A model generated the notes under the pieces. It ran no database searches and was not told the DNA's origin. It saw only the letters and a program-made list of their open reading frames with translations. Of a DNA stretch of 64,000 nucleotides, positions 44,091 to 56,025 are shown in pieces. Each line of letters begins with the position of its first letter. The first letter of the stretch is position 1. Both the position numbers and the translations under genes were made by a program. Source of the stretch: an uncultured Gemmatimonadales bacterium. Lineage in GTDB: Bacteria; Gemmatimonadota; Gemmatimonadetes; Longimicrobiales; Gaopeijiaceae. The stretch spans positions 32,001-96,000 of the forward strand of contig CAWGKG010000014.1 in assembly GCA_963823035.1 (NCBI GenBank). The letters run 5' to 3'.

Positions 44091-44297
44091 TCACTTGCCG
44101 ACCTTCTCGTACTTCTTCTTGAAGCGGTCGACCCGCCCGGCGGTATCGACGAGACGCTGCCTGCCGGTGTAGAAGGGATGGCACACCGAGCAGATCTCGA
44201 TGTGGACCTCCTCCTGCGTCGACATCGTCTCGAAGCGGTTCCCGCAGGCGCAGACGACCGTCGCCGGCTTGTAGTCGGGATGGATGCCCTGCTTCAT
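44091..44297 (-). CDS. rpmE: 50S ribosomal protein L31 (Zn-binding type)
   Basis: [23 protein letters not shown] and [10 protein letters not shown] motifs. Confidence 0.97.
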   Translation of the reverse strand: MKQGIHPDYKPATVVCACGNRFETMSTQEEVHIEICSVCHPFYTGRQRLVDTAGRVDRFKKKYEKVGK

Positions 44298-44423
44298 ATC
44301 CAGCTCCACGTTGCCGAAGTGGAACGGGCCCGGCGCCCTCGGAAAGCGGCCCCTGGCCCGGCGTTGCGAACGGATGGCGAAGGCGGGACGTCCGTGGTCC
44401 CCCGCCTCCACAGCCTGGGAAAC

Positions 44424-45983
44424 CTAATGTCGAGGCCGCGCCGGGTCCAGGGAGTCCGGCAACGGGTAGCGACGGCCCAACCGCCACGCCACGAGCACCA
44501 GGAGGAGGGCGGCTGCGGCCGAGCCGTTGCCCAGGAGATCGCCGTAGCGCGTGTAGAAGGTCACGACGTCCGTGGTGTAGACCCGGCTCACGCGCACGTC
44601 CGCCCGGAAGAGCGGGGTGGCGTCGTAGACCCTTCCCACCGGGTCGACGAACATCGAGATCCCGGTGTTCGCCGCGCGCGCCACGCCCATGCGGTTCTCG
44701 ATCGCGCGCATGACCATGTGCGCGGGATGCTGCCAGAGCGCGGTGGTGCGGGCGTACCACGGCTCGCGGCCGTACCAGGCGTCGTTGGTGATGTTCACCA
44801 GCACGTCCGCGCCCTCCCGGCGGAAGCTGCGGGCGCCCTGCGGATACGTCGACTCGTAGCAGATGAGCGGCGCGTACGCCGTCTCGTCGACGCGCGCGAG
44901 CGGCCACCCCTGACCCACGCCGAAGCCGCCCAGGTAGCGGAAGCGGCGGATCCAGCGCTCCGGCAGCCACGGCACACGCTCCACGAAGGGTACCAGATAG
45001 CGCTTGTCGTACTGGTAGTCGGTGAGCCCTTGCGGCCTCATCAGGAAGGCGGCGTTGTAGGGGACGTAGTGGTTGTCGACCGGCTCCGCGCCCAGGGACC
45101 CGAAGAGGACCGGCGCGCCCACTTCCCGCGACCAGGCCTGCAGACGCGTCTCGATCTCGTCCGCGCGGGGGTAGCCGGGGATCGTGAGGTACGCCGGGAA
45201 CGTCACCTCCGGCATGACGACCAGGTCCACCGAGCCGGGCGTGATGCGAGGCATCAGCCGATCGAGCGACGCGAACGTGCTGTCGAGCGCCTCGTCGCCG
45301 GCCATCTTCAGGTCCTCGCGGATGTTGGGCTGGACCACCGCGACGCGACCCGCCTCCCTGAGCTCGAGGGTTCCGGCACGCCACACGCCCCACCCGGCGG
45401 GCAGCACCACCGCGAGCACCGTCGCCGCCAGGAGCGGCCACTGCCGACCGCGCGCGCGCCAGCGCAGCAGGAGCGTCGCCAGGAGGCCGTTCACGAGCAC
45501 CAGCCAGAAGGTGACGCCGCGCGACCCCACGATCTCGGCAATGCCGACGAGGCGTGGAAAGCCGGTCAGCGACGAGCCGAGACCGAGCCAGGGAAAGGCG
45601 ATCGGGCCCGGCAGGTGCGCCCGGGACCACTCGATCGCGGTCCAGGCGACGGGCAGCGCCAGCCAGAGAGGTGCCCGTACCTCGTGGACGGCGCGGTGCA
45701 GCATCCATCCCAGCAGCGCCGAGAAGCCCATGAGGGCGACGATCGTGCCGACGTACGCGACGACCGCGAGCCAGGTGAACCAGATGAGCGCGATCAGGAT
45801 CCAGTAGAAGACGATGCCGAAATACAGCATCCCGAAGAGCATGCTGCCGCGCATCACGGCGCGCCGGCCCTCGCGGTCGGCCGGAAGCGTGGCCACCCAG
45901 ATCGCGTAGGGCACGAGCCCCACGAACGGAAGGAGCAGAGGGTGCAGAGGCGGGAAGCACGCGGCCAGCAGCAGCGCCGACAC
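44424..45983 (-). CDS. lnt: Apolipoprotein N-acyltransferase (start may lie up to ~70 bp further upstream)
   Basis: FPWLGLG, VQPNI, MPE, K..LVPFVE, ICYES, NITNDAWY and RAANTGIS motifs. Confidence 0.95.
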   Translation of the reverse strand: MSALLLAACFPPLHPLLLPFVGLVPYAIWVATLPADREGRRAVMRGSMLFGMLYFGIVFYWILIALIWFTWLAVVAYVGTIVALMGFSALLGWMLHRAVHEVRAPLWLALPVAWTAIEWSRAHLPGPIAFPWLGLGSSLTGFPRLVGIAEIVGSRGVTFWLVLVNGLLATLLLRWRARGRQWPLLAATVLAVVLPAGWGVWRAGTLELREAGRVAVVQPNIREDLKMAGDEALDSTFASLDRLMPRITPGSVDLVVMPEVTFPAYLTIPGYPRADEIETRLQAWSREVGAPVLFGSLGAEPVDNHYVPYNAAFLMRPQGLTDYQYDKRYLVPFVERVPWLPERWIRRFRYLGGFGVGQGWPLARVDETAYAPLICYESTYPQGARSFRREGADVLVNITNDAWYGREPWYARTTALWQHPAHMVMRAIENRMGVARAANTGISMFVDPVGRVYDATPLFRADVRVSRVYTTDVVTFYTRYGDLLGNGSAAAALLLVLVAWRLGRRYPLPDSLDPARPRH

Positions 45984-46048
45984 CGTCGGCAGAACCCGCT
46001 CGCCGGGCCGCGGCCAGAGCGATCGGACCAGCGCCCGGCCCCGTGCGG

Positions 46049-47066
46049 CTATGGTGCCACCTCCCGCCGTTCCTCCGCGGCCCGGTAGGCCATCTCGATC
46101 AGGTGCATGAGCGCCACCTGGTCCGTGGGCAACTCCGCCTCGGCCTCCCCGGACACCGCCCGCACGAAATGATCGAGCTGGCGCCGATAGGCGTTCGTGT
46201 AGGCGTTCTCACCCCCTCGGGGGCGTGGCTGGCGCGGTGTGACCTCGAGCGGACGGCCCCCCAGCTGCTTGTAGATCTCGAGCGGAGGGAGCGAGGCCGA
46301 GCCCTCCGTACCCATGACGCGAGCGTAGTACCGGTCGGCTGCCCGCGAAGAGGCGCGAGCTCACCTCGAGCGTGAAGGCGACGCCGCCCTCGGTCTCGAA
46401 CATGACGGTAGCCGCGTCCTCGACCTCGAAGTCCCCGTGCGTGGTCACGCAGCTCACGCGCCGTACCTCCGGATAGCCGACCATCCACAGGCAGAGGTCC
46501 AGCGCCGGCACGCCCAACTCCATCAGCGCGCCGCCCCCGGCTTCCTCCGGACTCTGCCGCCAGGTGGGACGCATGACCGGCACCCGGCGGGTCAGCCAGC
46601 TGCCGCGCAACGCGTAGATGTCGCCCATCTCCCCACCGGCCACGAAGCTGTGCAGCGCCGTCACGTCCGCCCGGAAGCGCTGCGGCTGCCCGACGACCAG
46701 GACCCGGCCCGTGGCGCGCGCGGCCTCCACGACCCGGGCGGCGCCCTTCGCGGTGGTGGCGATCGGGCGCTCCACGAAGACGTGCTTGCCCGCCTCGAGC
46801 GCCGCGACGGCCATCTCCTCGTGCGCGCCGTTGGGCGTGCACAGGACGAGCGCGTCCACGTCGTCGCGGCGGAGCACCTCGTCGGGCCCGAGCGCATCCG
46901 GCACGCCGAGGCGTCCCGCGATGGTGCGCGCCTTGGCGAGGTCGACGTCCGAGAGCACGGCCAGGTCGACGTCCTCGCGCTCGGCGAGGATCGGCACGTG
47001 CATGACCTGGCTGATCGCGCCCGTGCCCACCACGGCGAACCTGGGCGCCGTCCCGGTCGGGTTCAT
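46049..47066 (-). CDS. Gfo/Idh/MocA family oxidoreductase (frameshift ~46335)
   Basis: [25 protein letters not shown] and GGGALMELG motifs. Confidence 0.88.
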
Positions 47067-47753
47067 CGCGAGCGCTCCTCCCCCGGTGCGGACGGGCCGA
47101 GCATGAACTGCACGCCGAAGCGGACCCCGAAGTACTGCAGGTCGCCCATCACCTCGTAGCGGGCCTGCCCGGTGAGGCGCAGCTTCGGCCACACCGGGTA
47201 CTCGGCGCCGCCGTGCAGGTTGAAGCCCGCGGTGACGGAGTCCAGGAGGTCCTCGACGAAGGTGCCGTTGATCGCCGTGCCGTTGCCGTTCAGGAGGTGG
47301 ACGGCGGCGCCGGCGCCGAGGAACGTCAGGACGTCGTAGGGCACGCGCCAGACGATCTGGCCGTCGAGGGAGAGCGCGATGTCGCTCCAGTCGATGCGTC
47401 CCAGATCCACGGTCGGGGCGGGCCCGTCCGTCTGCGAGACGATGAGCGAGGCCACGCGCTCTTCGAGCGCACGGATCTCGCCGGCCTTGAAGTCCGACTT
47501 CCAGTACGTGAGGCCGGGCAAGATGCGCAGACCGGGCCCGAGATAGCCGAGGTCCATGCGGATGCCGAACGGTCTGGGTCGGCTCCACGCGGCTGGGCCA
47601 GATGTAGCCCCACTCCGGGGCGAATCCGCGGAACGACAGGTTCTCGTAGTCGAAGTCGGCCAGCCCCTGCGCCGACGCCGCGTTCGGCGTGACCAGGGCG
47701 ACCGTCGCGGCCACGGCCAGCATTGCGCTCCAACGATCCATCCGCATCCTCAC
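47063..47753 (-). CDS. Secreted protein, probable outer-membrane beta-barrel (frameshift ~47570)
   Basis: Signal peptide ending ASA-Q; alternating aromatic/hydrophobic strands ([33 protein letters not shown]). Confidence 0.65.
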
Positions 47754-49245
47754 CGTCGCACCTCCGCCACCAGGTCGTAGTCCAGAGCGTCCACGATCTC
47801 CACCTGCACCATGTCTCCGGGCGTGAGCCCCTCGGCTCCGCGCAGGTTCGTCACACCGTCCACGTCGAGGGCCTGCGCAGCGGTCCTCGCCACCGCGCCG
47901 AACTCCGGATCGTCGTGCACGATCCGGTCCACGAGCGCGAGGGCGCGGCGTCCCACCAGGTCGAGGTTCTTTTCGAAGGAGATGCCCCGCTGGAGCTCCA
48001 TCAGGCGCTCGAGCCGCTCCGTCTTCTCCTCCTCGTCGAGCTGGCCCTCCATCTCGGCCGCGCGCGTGCCCTCCTCCAGGGAGTACGTGAAGCCGCCCAC
48101 GCGGTCGAACTCGATCTCCTCGAGGAGGTCGAGCATCGCCTGGAAGTCCTCCTCGGTCTCGCCCGGGAAGCCCACGATCACCGTGGTCCGCAGCGTCAGG
48201 TCGGGCACGGCGTCCCTCAGCCACGCCACACGCTCCGTGATCGTGCGCCGGCGCTCCGGCCGGCGCATGCGTCGGAGCATGCGGTCGCTGCCGTGCTGGA
48301 TGGGCATGTCCAGATACGGGAGGATGCGCGGTTCGGTCGCGAGCAGCTCCACCATCTCCCGCGTGATCCCCGACGGGTACATGTAGAACAGCCGGTACCA
48401 CGGCACGTCGGTGCCGTCGAGGAGCGCGCGCAGCAGGTCCGGCAGCAGCGGTGCGTCCTTCCCCGGACGGGGCGCCGGCGCCCCGTGGCCGCCCCCTGCG
48501 CAGATCGCGGCCGTACCACGTCGTGTCCTGCGAGACGATGTTGATCTCGCGCACGCCCTGCGCCCCCAGGCCGGCGGCCTCGCGCACCAGCTCGGCGACC
48601 GGCTGCGACCTGTGGAGGCCGCGCATGAGTGGGATCGCACAGAAAGCGCAGGTGTGGTCGCACCCCTCGCTGATCTTGAGGTACGAGGTGTGCGGCGTCT
48701 CGCTGGACAGGATCCGCAGCGGCCGCTCCATCGTGGGAATCACCTCGTCCGGCTCGGGCAGCAGCCCCCGGCTACGGAGCGCGGGCACCAACCCCTGCGA
48801 GCTCGGTGAGCCCCATGAAGAGGTCGACCTCGGGGATCTCGGCCCGCATCTCGGCACCGTGACGCTCCACCATGCACCCCACGGCGACCACGGCCTTGAG
48901 CGCCCCGTCTTCCTTGAGCTGGCAAGCCTCGAGGATCGTCTCGATCGACTGCTCCTTGGCCGCCTGGATGAAGCCGCACGTGTTGACGATCACGACATCG
49001 GCGCCCTCGACCTCCGAGGATACGCGGGCGCCGTGACCCACCAGGGCGGCCATCATGCGCTCGGAGTCGACCGTGTTCTTGTCGCAGCCGAGCGTGACGA
49101 GCGCGATGCGCGGTCCGCCACCCGCGCCTCTGGGCTCGATGTGCAGGCGCACGGCCTCGGCGTCCGCGGGCACGTCCGGGCGCACGGGACCCGTGGTTGC
49201 CCACGGGTCGATGGGAAAGACGGGAAGGTCACGGATACGCGCCAT
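47750..49245 (-). CDS. rimO: Ribosomal protein S12 methylthiotransferase (frameshifts ~48790 and ~48500)
   Basis: [49 protein letters not shown] and IVGFPGET motifs; TRAM domain. Confidence 0.94.
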
Positions 49246-49276
49246 CAGCGGCCGGCCTCCGCGGTCGCGAGGAGCG

Positions 49277-49954
49277 TCATCGAGAGATGACTTGCGCCCC
49301 CGGGGGCGGCGTGAAGGTGAACCATCCGTCGGGGACCTTCGCGTCGAGCGTCACGTTCGAGAGCTCGAGCGTACGCACCGACTCGTTCTCCTCCTCGATC
49401 TTCACGCGGCGCAGGAGATGGTCGCTCCCGTCGATCCAAACCTCGGCGGCCACGTAGGACGTCGCATCCTTCGGCACGAGGAGGATGTGGTGCGTGTCGC
49501 GGCCGCCGATCCGCTCGATCCCCGCATAGGAGATGCGGTACTTCTCGGCGGGTCGCTCGAGGAACTCGCGGTGGAGGTCGAACCCGCCCGGGGCGTCGGC
49601 CACCGGGAGCCGGAGGACCGTCTTCGGGTCGGCGCTCTTGTAGTAGATCCAGACGTAGGTGCCGTCCATGACCACCACGTCCCCCGCGGGGTCGTCGAAG
49701 CGCATCGTGAAGCGGTCGGGCTGAGCCTGGCACAGCCGCCCCTTCCCGTGGTTCTCCTGCGAGAGCAGGGGCACGCTGAGCGTCTGCACGAAGTCGGCGC
49801 ACACGGTCGAGGCCGCCTCGTAGCGGGCCGACGCGGCCTCCAGGATCGAGAGCGCCCGCCCCTCCTGGCCCGCGGCGGCGACCGGGAGCGCTCCCAGGGC
49901 CAGCGCGGCGAGCTCGAACCCGCCCAGTCGGCGACGACGTACGCGCCCGCTCAC
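49277..49954 (-). CDS. lolA: Outer membrane lipoprotein carrier LolA family
   Basis: Signal peptide, ADFVQ, QPDRF, VMDG..VWIY and FTFTPPPGAQV motifs; follows ftsK. Confidence 0.85.
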   Translation of the reverse strand: MSGRVRRRRLGGFELAALALGALPVAAAGQEGRALSILEAASARYEAASTVCADFVQTLSVPLLSQENHGKGRLCQAQPDRFTMRFDDPAGDVVVMDGTYVWIYYKSADPKTVLRLPVADAPGGFDLHREFLERPAEKYRISYAGIERIGGRDTHHILLVPKDATSYVAAEVWIDGSDHLLRRVKIEEENESVRTLELSNVTLDAKVPDGWFTFTPPPGAQVISR

Positions 49955-52335
49955 TGACCACCTCCGTTCAGCATCATCTCCAGCTCCTCGAGGCCCATCA
50001 GCACCTCCCGCCCCTTCGCGCCCTCGGACGGGCCGAGCACACCGGCGTCCTGGAGCTGGTCCACGATGCGCGCGGCCCGCCCGTACCCGATGCTCAGGCG
50101 CCGCTGCAGAAGGGAGGTCGAGCCTCCCTGGTTCTGGATACACACCTCGGCCGCGGCCTTGAACAGCTCGTCCCAGTCCCCGGCGATGGCCTCCACCGCG
50201 TCCTCCACCGACATCAGCTCCGCCGTGCGCACCTCTTCGAGGATGTCCGGCTCCAGCACGCCCACCACGGGCGGCGGCTCGCCGGCCTCCACGTGAAGCT
50301 CCTGCAGCTCCCGGTACCAGTGCATGAGCCGTTCCGTGTCCTCCGTCGGGAGGTAGGCCCCCTGGATGCGCACCGGCTCGCTCTGCCCCGGCGGGAGGAA
50401 AAGCATGTCTCCGTTGCCGAGGAGCGCGTCCGCCCCGTTCTGGTCGAGGATGGTGCGCGAGTCGGTCTTGGACGCGACCCGGAAGGCCATCCGTGTGGGG
50501 AAGTTCGCCTTGATCAGGCCGGTGATGACGTTCACCGACGGCCGCTGCGTGGCCACGATGAGGTGGATGCCGATCGCGCGCGCCTTCTGGGCGAGCTGCG
50601 TGAGCGGCTTCTCCACCTCGCTCTGCACGGTCATCATGAGATCTGCCAACTCGTCCACCACCACCACGATGTAGGGCAGGACGCCGTCGCTGTAGATCCA
50701 GCGATCCTCGTCTCCTTCGGGGCCCACGGGCTCGAAGCGCCGGACGAGGACCTCGTCCTTCACCTTCCGGTTGAACTCCTGGATCGAGCGGACGTGGTTG
50801 GCCTTCAGGAGCCCGTAGCGCCGCTCCATCTCCAGCACGGCCCACTTGAGTACACCGGCGGCGTCGCGAGGGTCGGTCACGACGTTGTGGCGCAGGTGCG
50901 GGAGGCGGGAGTAGACGGACAGCTCGACCATCTTCGGGTCGATCATCAGGAGGCGCATCGTCTCCGGCGTGTGCTTGTAGACCAGGCTGGTGACGATCGT
51001 GTTCAGGCAGACGGACTTCCCCGAGCCGGTAGCGCCGGCGATGAGCACGTGGGGCATCTTCGCGAGGTTGGCCACGTACGGGCGTCCGTTCAGGTCCTTC
51101 CCCAGCGCGAGCGGCAGCTCCCCCTTCGCGTTCTGGAAGGCGGACGTCTCCAGGATCTCGCGCAGGTTGACGATCTCGGGCTGCGGGTTCGGGATCTCGA
51201 CGCCCACCGCCCCCTTGCCCGGGATCGGCGCCACGATGCGCACGCTCGAGGCCTTCATCGCGAGCGCGAGATCGGCGTCCAGGTTGGCGATCCGGTTCAC
51301 CTTCACGCCGGGCGCCGGGATCACCTCGAACTGCGTGACCATCGGACCGGTGGTCCGGCCGCCCAGCTCGCACTGCACGTTGAAGGTGCCGAGCTTCTCG
51401 ACGAGGATGCGCCCGAGCTCGTCGAGCTGGCGCTCCATGCTGGCCCGGTCCACCTCCTGCGGCGCGTCGAGGAGGTTCACCGGGGGAAGGAGGAGGTCGG
51501 AGTCCTCGCCGGGGGCCCGCGGGTCCGGGAGCCCGGAGCCGTCCTCGGCGAAGTCGACACCAGGCAACGCGCCCGCAGCTCCGGAGGCGGCCTCGGCCTC
51601 CTTCTTCCGCTTCCGACCCTTCCGCCCCGTCGGGGGCGGCGGAGGCACATCGGGCTCGGGCTCGGGGAAGGCCGGGTCCTTCGTCGCCGTCGCCGGCTCG
51701 TCGACGGCCTCGACGAACGGCGTCTCCTCGAGCGGCGGCGCGGGCTCGGCCTCCGCGCGACGCTGGGCCCGTTCGATCGCGGCCAGCCGGCGCTTCTCGT
51801 TCAGGGTGCGCGCGGTGCGCCCTGCGACCTCGCTCCCGGCCACCACGCCCCGCCCTACCGAGCGCAACGGGTTCCACCCCAGCGTCCCGACGGAGAGCGC
51901 CACGAAGCCCACGAAGCTCAGCAGCGCACCGCCCAACACACCCACCAGCCCCACGAGCGGCTCGCCCAGGTGCATGCCCAGCCACCCTGCCGCCGACGGC
52001 TCGGCGCTCACCACCCACACGGTGAGCGGAATCAGGATCAGCAGCCCCGCCGTGAGCAGGGCGAACCGGAGGGAGCGCTCCTTGCCCATCCACCCGCCGA
52101 TGCGCAGCCCGGCGAGCGCGAGGAGGGGCGGCACCAGGAAGGCGCTTCCGCCGAAGAAGGCGTGCAGGAGCGCCCGCAGGGTGCCGCCCACGACGCCCAT
52201 CGCGTTGCCCGAGGGGAACCACTCGAAGGCACGCTCGCCGAGGATGGTCACCGGGACGAGCGAAACGAGCACGAAGAGCGCGAGGGCCAGCAGGCCCACG
52301 GCAAGGATCTCGCGTTGCTGCTCCCGCGTCACCAT
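49951..52335 (-). CDS. ftsK: DNA translocase FtsK
   Basis: N-terminal TMs, [39 protein letters not shown]; gamma domain [14 protein letters not shown]. Confidence 0.97.
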   Translation of the reverse strand: MVTREQQREILAVGLLALALFVLVSLVPVTILGERAFEWFPSGNAMGVVGGTLRALLHAFFGGSAFLVPPLLALAGLRIGGWMGKERSLRFALLTAGLLILIPLTVWVVSAEPSAAGWLGMHLGEPLVGLVGVLGGALLSFVGFVALSVGTLGWNPLRSVGRGVVAGSEVAGRTARTLNEKRRLAAIERAQRRAEAEPAPPLEETPFVEAVDEPATATKDPAFPEPEPDVPPPPPTGRKGRKRKKEAEAASGAAGALPGVDFAEDGSGLPDPRAPGEDSDLLLPPVNLLDAPQEVDRASMERQLDELGRILVEKLGTFNVQCELGGRTTGPMVTQFEVIPAPGVKVNRIANLDADLALAMKASSVRIVAPIPGKGAVGVEIPNPQPEIVNLREILETSAFQNAKGELPLALGKDLNGRPYVANLAKMPHVLIAGATGSGKSVCLNTIVTSLVYKHTPETMRLLMIDPKMVELSVYSRLPHLRHNVVTDPRDAAGVLKWAVLEMERRYGLLKANHVRSIQEFNRKVKDEVLVRRFEPVGPEGDEDRWIYSDGVLPYIVVVVDELADLMMTVQSEVEKPLTQLAQKARAIGIHLIVATQRPSVNVITGLIKANFPTRMAFRVASKTDSRTILDQNGADALLGNGDMLFLPPGQSEPVRIQGAYLPTEDTERLMHWYRELQELHVEAGEPPPVVGVLEPDILEEVRTAELMSVEDAVEAIAGDWDELFKAAAEVCIQNQGGSTSLLQRRLSIGYGRAARIVDQLQDAGVLGPSEGAKGREVLMGLEELEMMLNGGGQ

Positions 52336-52345
52336 CGCGCTCCCG

Positions 52346-53066
52346 TCACCCTCGCGCCGCGACCAGCGCCCTGTCCCGCATCTCGACGACGATCGCGTGC
52401 CGGTCCACGTGTCCGCATACCTCGAGGTCGGCATCGAGGCCGATGGTGGCCAGGGCACGGCCCGCCTCCGTGCCCGCGAGGAAGCCCGGGCCAGCCTCGA
52501 TCGCCCCGCCCAGGGCGAGGACGGCGCGCGTGGCGTCGTTGTGGGCCGACTCTTCGGCGTCGACACCCAGGCGCTTGAGGAGGTGGCCGGCGCAGACCGC
52601 GTCGTCGAGGGAGAAGCGCCCCATCCGGCCCGCACACAGCACCACGAGCTCCTCCTCGTCCCGCACCGAATCGGCCACGGCGCCCAGGTTCGTGAACGCG
52701 CAAGCGATCACCCGGCCGGCCTCCTGCACGGCGGCGAGCGCCACCGTGCCGTTCGTGGTGCTCATGACGAGGCGCTTGCCCTCCACGACCGTCACGCGCG
52801 AACTCCGAGGGCGAGTTTCCCAGATCGAACCCCTCGACCTTCACGCCCTTGCGCTCTCCGCACAGCAGGGTGTCGTCGCGCCCCAGCGACGACATCAGCT
52901 TCACGGCCTCCTCCGTGGAAGCCGTCGGATAGATCGCGCGGGCCCCGTTGGCCAGGGCCTCCACGATGCTCGTCGTAGCTCGCACGACGTCGATCACCAC
53001 CACGACCGCCTCGGCGAGGAGGGCCGGATCGACCTCGGACACGTTCAGGTAGACGCGCGCGTTCAC
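52346..53066 (-). CDS. 2-phosphosulfolactate phosphatase (ComB) family protein (frameshift ~52800)
   Basis: [34 protein letters not shown] and SLDDAVCAG motifs. Confidence 0.9.
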
Positions 53067-54422
53067 CCCCCCGCCCTCCGACATCATGCGGGCGACGAAG
53101 CCGGTGTCGACGTCGCCCGCCAGGAATCGCTCGTCGTCCACGATCCGCCTCAGGAAGGGGATCGTGGTCGGCACACCCTCGATGATGAACTGGTCCAGCA
53201 CGTGGCGGGCGCGCACCACCGCCTCGTCCCGCGTGCCGCCGTGCACGATCAGCTTGGCGAGCAGCGAGTCGTAGTTCGGTGGAACGCGGTAGCCCGTGTA
53301 CACGTGCGTGTCCAGCCGTACGCCCGGCCCTCCGGGGGGGTGGAAGGTCGTGATCGTACCCGGTCCCGGCGCGAAGTTGCGGTCCGGGTCCTCCGCATTG
53401 ATGCGGAACTCGATCGCGTGCCCGCGGTGGCGCACCGGCTCCCCGTTGTCCGGGAAGCTGAGCGGCTCACCGGCGGCGACGCGGATCTGCTCCTTGACCA
53501 GGTCGAAGCCCGTGGTCACCTCCGTGACGGGGTGCTCGACCTGGATGCGCGTGTTCATCTCCATGAAGTAGAACGAGCCGTCCTGGTCGAGGAGGAACTC
53601 GATCGTACCCGCGCCCACGTATTCGATCGTCTTCGCGGCGCGCACGGCGGCCTCGCCCATCTCGGCGCGCAGCGCCGGCGTCAGCGCCGGAGACGGAGCC
53701 TCCTCCAGCAGCTTCTGGTGGCGACGCTGGATCGAGCAGTCCCGCTCCCCGAGGTGCATGATCCGACCCTGCTTGTCTCCGAAGATCTGGAACTCGACGT
53801 GCCGCGGCCTCAGGATGCACCGCTCCAGATACACGCTCGAATCCCCGAAGGCCGCCTTGGCCTCGTTCTGCGCCGCGGTGAGGAGCTTCGCGAACGAGTC
53901 GGCGTCCGGAGCGATGCGCATCCCCTTCCCGCCCCCGCCCGCCGATGCCTTGATCATGATCGGGAAGCCGATCTCCCCGGCCACGCGGCGGGCTTCATCC
54001 ATCTCCTCGACGATGCCTTCGGAGCCCGGGACGGTCGGCACGCCGACGTTCATCATCGTGCGCCGCGCCGTGGCCTTGTCGCCCATGGCGCGGATCTGCG
54101 CGGGGGTCGGGCCGATGAAGACGATCCCCGAGCGCGCGCAGATCTCGCTGAACTCGGCGTTCTCCGCGAGGAAGCCGTAGCCCGGGTGGATGGCCTCGGC
54201 GCCCGTGACCTCGGCGGCGGCGATGATGCGGGGGATGTTGAGGTAGCTCTCCGCGGCGGGCGGCCTGCCGATGCAGACGTCCTCGTCCGCAAAGCGTACG
54301 TGGAGCGACTCGCGATCCGCCTCCGAGTACACCGCCACCGTCTGGATGCCGAGCTCGTGGCAGGCGCGGATGATGCGCAGCGCGATCTCGCCGCGGTTGG
54401 CGATCAGGACCTTCTGGAACAC
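53063..54422 (-). CDS. accC: Acetyl-CoA carboxylase biotin carboxylase subunit (stop put out of frame by a G7 run at ~53066-53072)
   Basis: [51 protein letters not shown] and YDSLLAK motifs. Confidence 0.96.
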
Positions 54423-54519
54423 GGATCTCTCTCCATCGTCGAAGCGCGCGGGACTCCTGAGTGTCTGGCACCGCCGGCCGCGCGCGGTCGGCTCGTCCGT
54501 GCGTCCCTCGGGGCCCCGG

Positions 54520-54996
54520 CTACGCCGGATCCACCCGGAAGAGCACCTGGCCGTACTCCACGGGGTGGGCGTTCTCCACCAGGATCTCGACGATCGTTCC
54601 CTCCACCTCGCACTCGAGCTCGTTCATGAGCTTCATCGCCTCGATGATGCAGAGCGTGTCGCCCTGCGAGACCCGCTTGCCCTTCTCCACGTAGGACGGC
54701 GCGTCCGGCGCCGGCGCCCGGTAGAACGTCCCGACCATCGGCGAGGTGATCTCGAGCAATTTCGACGCCACCACCGGCGGCGCCGGCTCGGGCGCGGCGG
54801 CCGGAGCGCCTCCGGCCGGAGCGGGCGCTCCCGACTGGGCCGGTGGAGCCGCGGCGCCCCCGGCCGACATCACGGTGGCGGGCGGAGGGGACTTCGCCAG
54901 GCGCACACGCGTGCCGCCCCGCTCGATCTCGATCGAGTCGAGGCTGCTGTTGTCGATGGCCTGGATGAGTCGTTCGATAAACTCGAGGTCGATCAT
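54520..54996 (-). CDS. accB: Biotin carboxyl carrier protein
   Basis: Ala/Pro linker, SPMVGTFY and EAMKLMNE motifs. Confidence 0.97.
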   Translation of the reverse strand: MIDLEFIERLIQAIDNSSLDSIEIERGGTRVRLAKSPPPATVMSAGGAAAPPAQSGAPAPAGGAPAAAPEPAPPVVASKLLEITSPMVGTFYRAPAPDAPSYVEKGKRVSQGDTLCIIEAMKLMNELECEVEGTIVEILVENAHPVEYGQVLFRVDPA

Positions 54997-55000
54997 CCCG

Positions 55001-55561
55001 TCACACCCGTGTGAGGTATTTGTCCTCGCGGCGGTCCACGCGGATCACGTCCCCTTCCTCCACGAAGAGCGGCACCAGTACCACCGCTCCGGTCTCCAGC
55101 TTCGCGGGCTTCGTGCCGCCCTGCGCGGTGTCGCCCTTCAGGCCGGGCTCCGTCTCCGTGACCTCGAGCTCGACGAAGTTGGGCAGCTCCACGCTGATCA
55201 CCTTCTCGTCATGGACCAGCCCCTCGCACTCCATGTTCTCCTTGAGGTACCGGAGCTGGTCGTCGCCGATCACATCGTGCTGGATCGGGATCATCTCGAA
55301 GGTCTGGGCGTCCATGAAGTAGTAGAGCTGGCCGTCGGTGTACGAGTAGGTCACGGGGCGCCGCTCCAGGCGGACGTCGGTGAGCTTCTCGCCCGCCCGG
55401 TACGTACGGTCGACCACCGCCCCGGTGAGGACGTTCTTCAGCTTCGTGCGCACGAACGCGCCGCCCTTGCCGGGCTTCACGTGCTGGAAGTAGGTGATGG
55501 CCCACAGATCGCCGTCGATCTGGAGGACCATCCCGTTGCGGAATTCCGCAGTGCTCGCCAT
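55001..55561 (-). CDS. efp: Elongation factor P
   Basis: [32 protein letters not shown] and VPLFV motifs. Confidence 0.97.
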   Translation of the reverse strand: MASTAEFRNGMVLQIDGDLWAITYFQHVKPGKGGAFVRTKLKNVLTGAVVDRTYRAGEKLTDVRLERRPVTYSYTDGQLYYFMDAQTFEMIPIQHDVIGDDQLRYLKENMECEGLVHDEKVISVELPNFVELEVTETEPGLKGDTAQGGTKPAKLETGAVVLVPLFVEEGDVIRVDRREDKYLTRV

Positions 55562-55581
55562 GCAGCCTCGCCCTGGGGTGG

Positions 55582-56025
55582 TTACGTCTTCTCGTTCTCG
55601 ATCCGGGCTACCAGGCCCCGAAGCCCAAGAAGATAGCTGTGCACCCCGAATCCATAAACCGCGCCGACCGCGACGTCGGCGAGGTAGGAGTGTCTGCGAA
55701 ACGGCTCCCGCGCGGCCGTGTTGGACAGATGGACCTCCACGAAGGGGAGATCCACGCCCAGGAGCGCGTCGCGCAGGGCGATGGAGGTGTGGGTCAGTGC
55801 GCCGGGGTTGACGAGGAAGCCGTCCACGCGCCCGGAGGCCTCTTCGACGAAGTCGAGCACCGCGCCCTCGTGGTTCGACTGGAACGACTCCACCTCCACG
55901 CCGAGCTCGGCGGCGAGGGCCGCGATGGCGCCGTTCACGTCGTCGAGCGTATCCGAGCCGTAGACCGCCGGCTCTCGGCGCCCGAGCAGGCGGAGGTTGG
56001 GTCCGTGGATGACCCCGATTCTCAT
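55582..56025 (-). CDS. aroQ: Type II 3-dehydroquinate dehydratase
   Basis: GPNLRLLGRREP..YG, FQSNHEG, NPGALTHTS and EVHLSN..REPFR motifs. Confidence 0.96.
   Translation of the reverse strand: MRIGVIHGPNLRLLGRREPAVYGSDTLDDVNGAIAALAAELGVEVESFQSNHEGAVLDFVEEASGRVDGFLVNPGALTHTSIALRDALLGVDLPFVEVHLSNTAAREPFRRHSYLADVAVGAVYGFGVHSYLLGLRGLVARIENEKT

Noticed and set aside
43032..52635. Very long antisense or alternate-frame ORFs (e.g. 43032-46088 +, 50293-52578 +, 49277-52222 -)
   Set aside because: Shadow ORFs typical of high-GC DNA: they overlap well-supported genes, are Arg/Pro/Gly-rich and have no motifs.
52329..54422. 697-aa AccC-ComB fusion
   Set aside because: The junction is a G7 run; with six Gs accC ends in TGA overlapping the comB GTG, the typical coupling in this window. 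A homopolymer error is likely.
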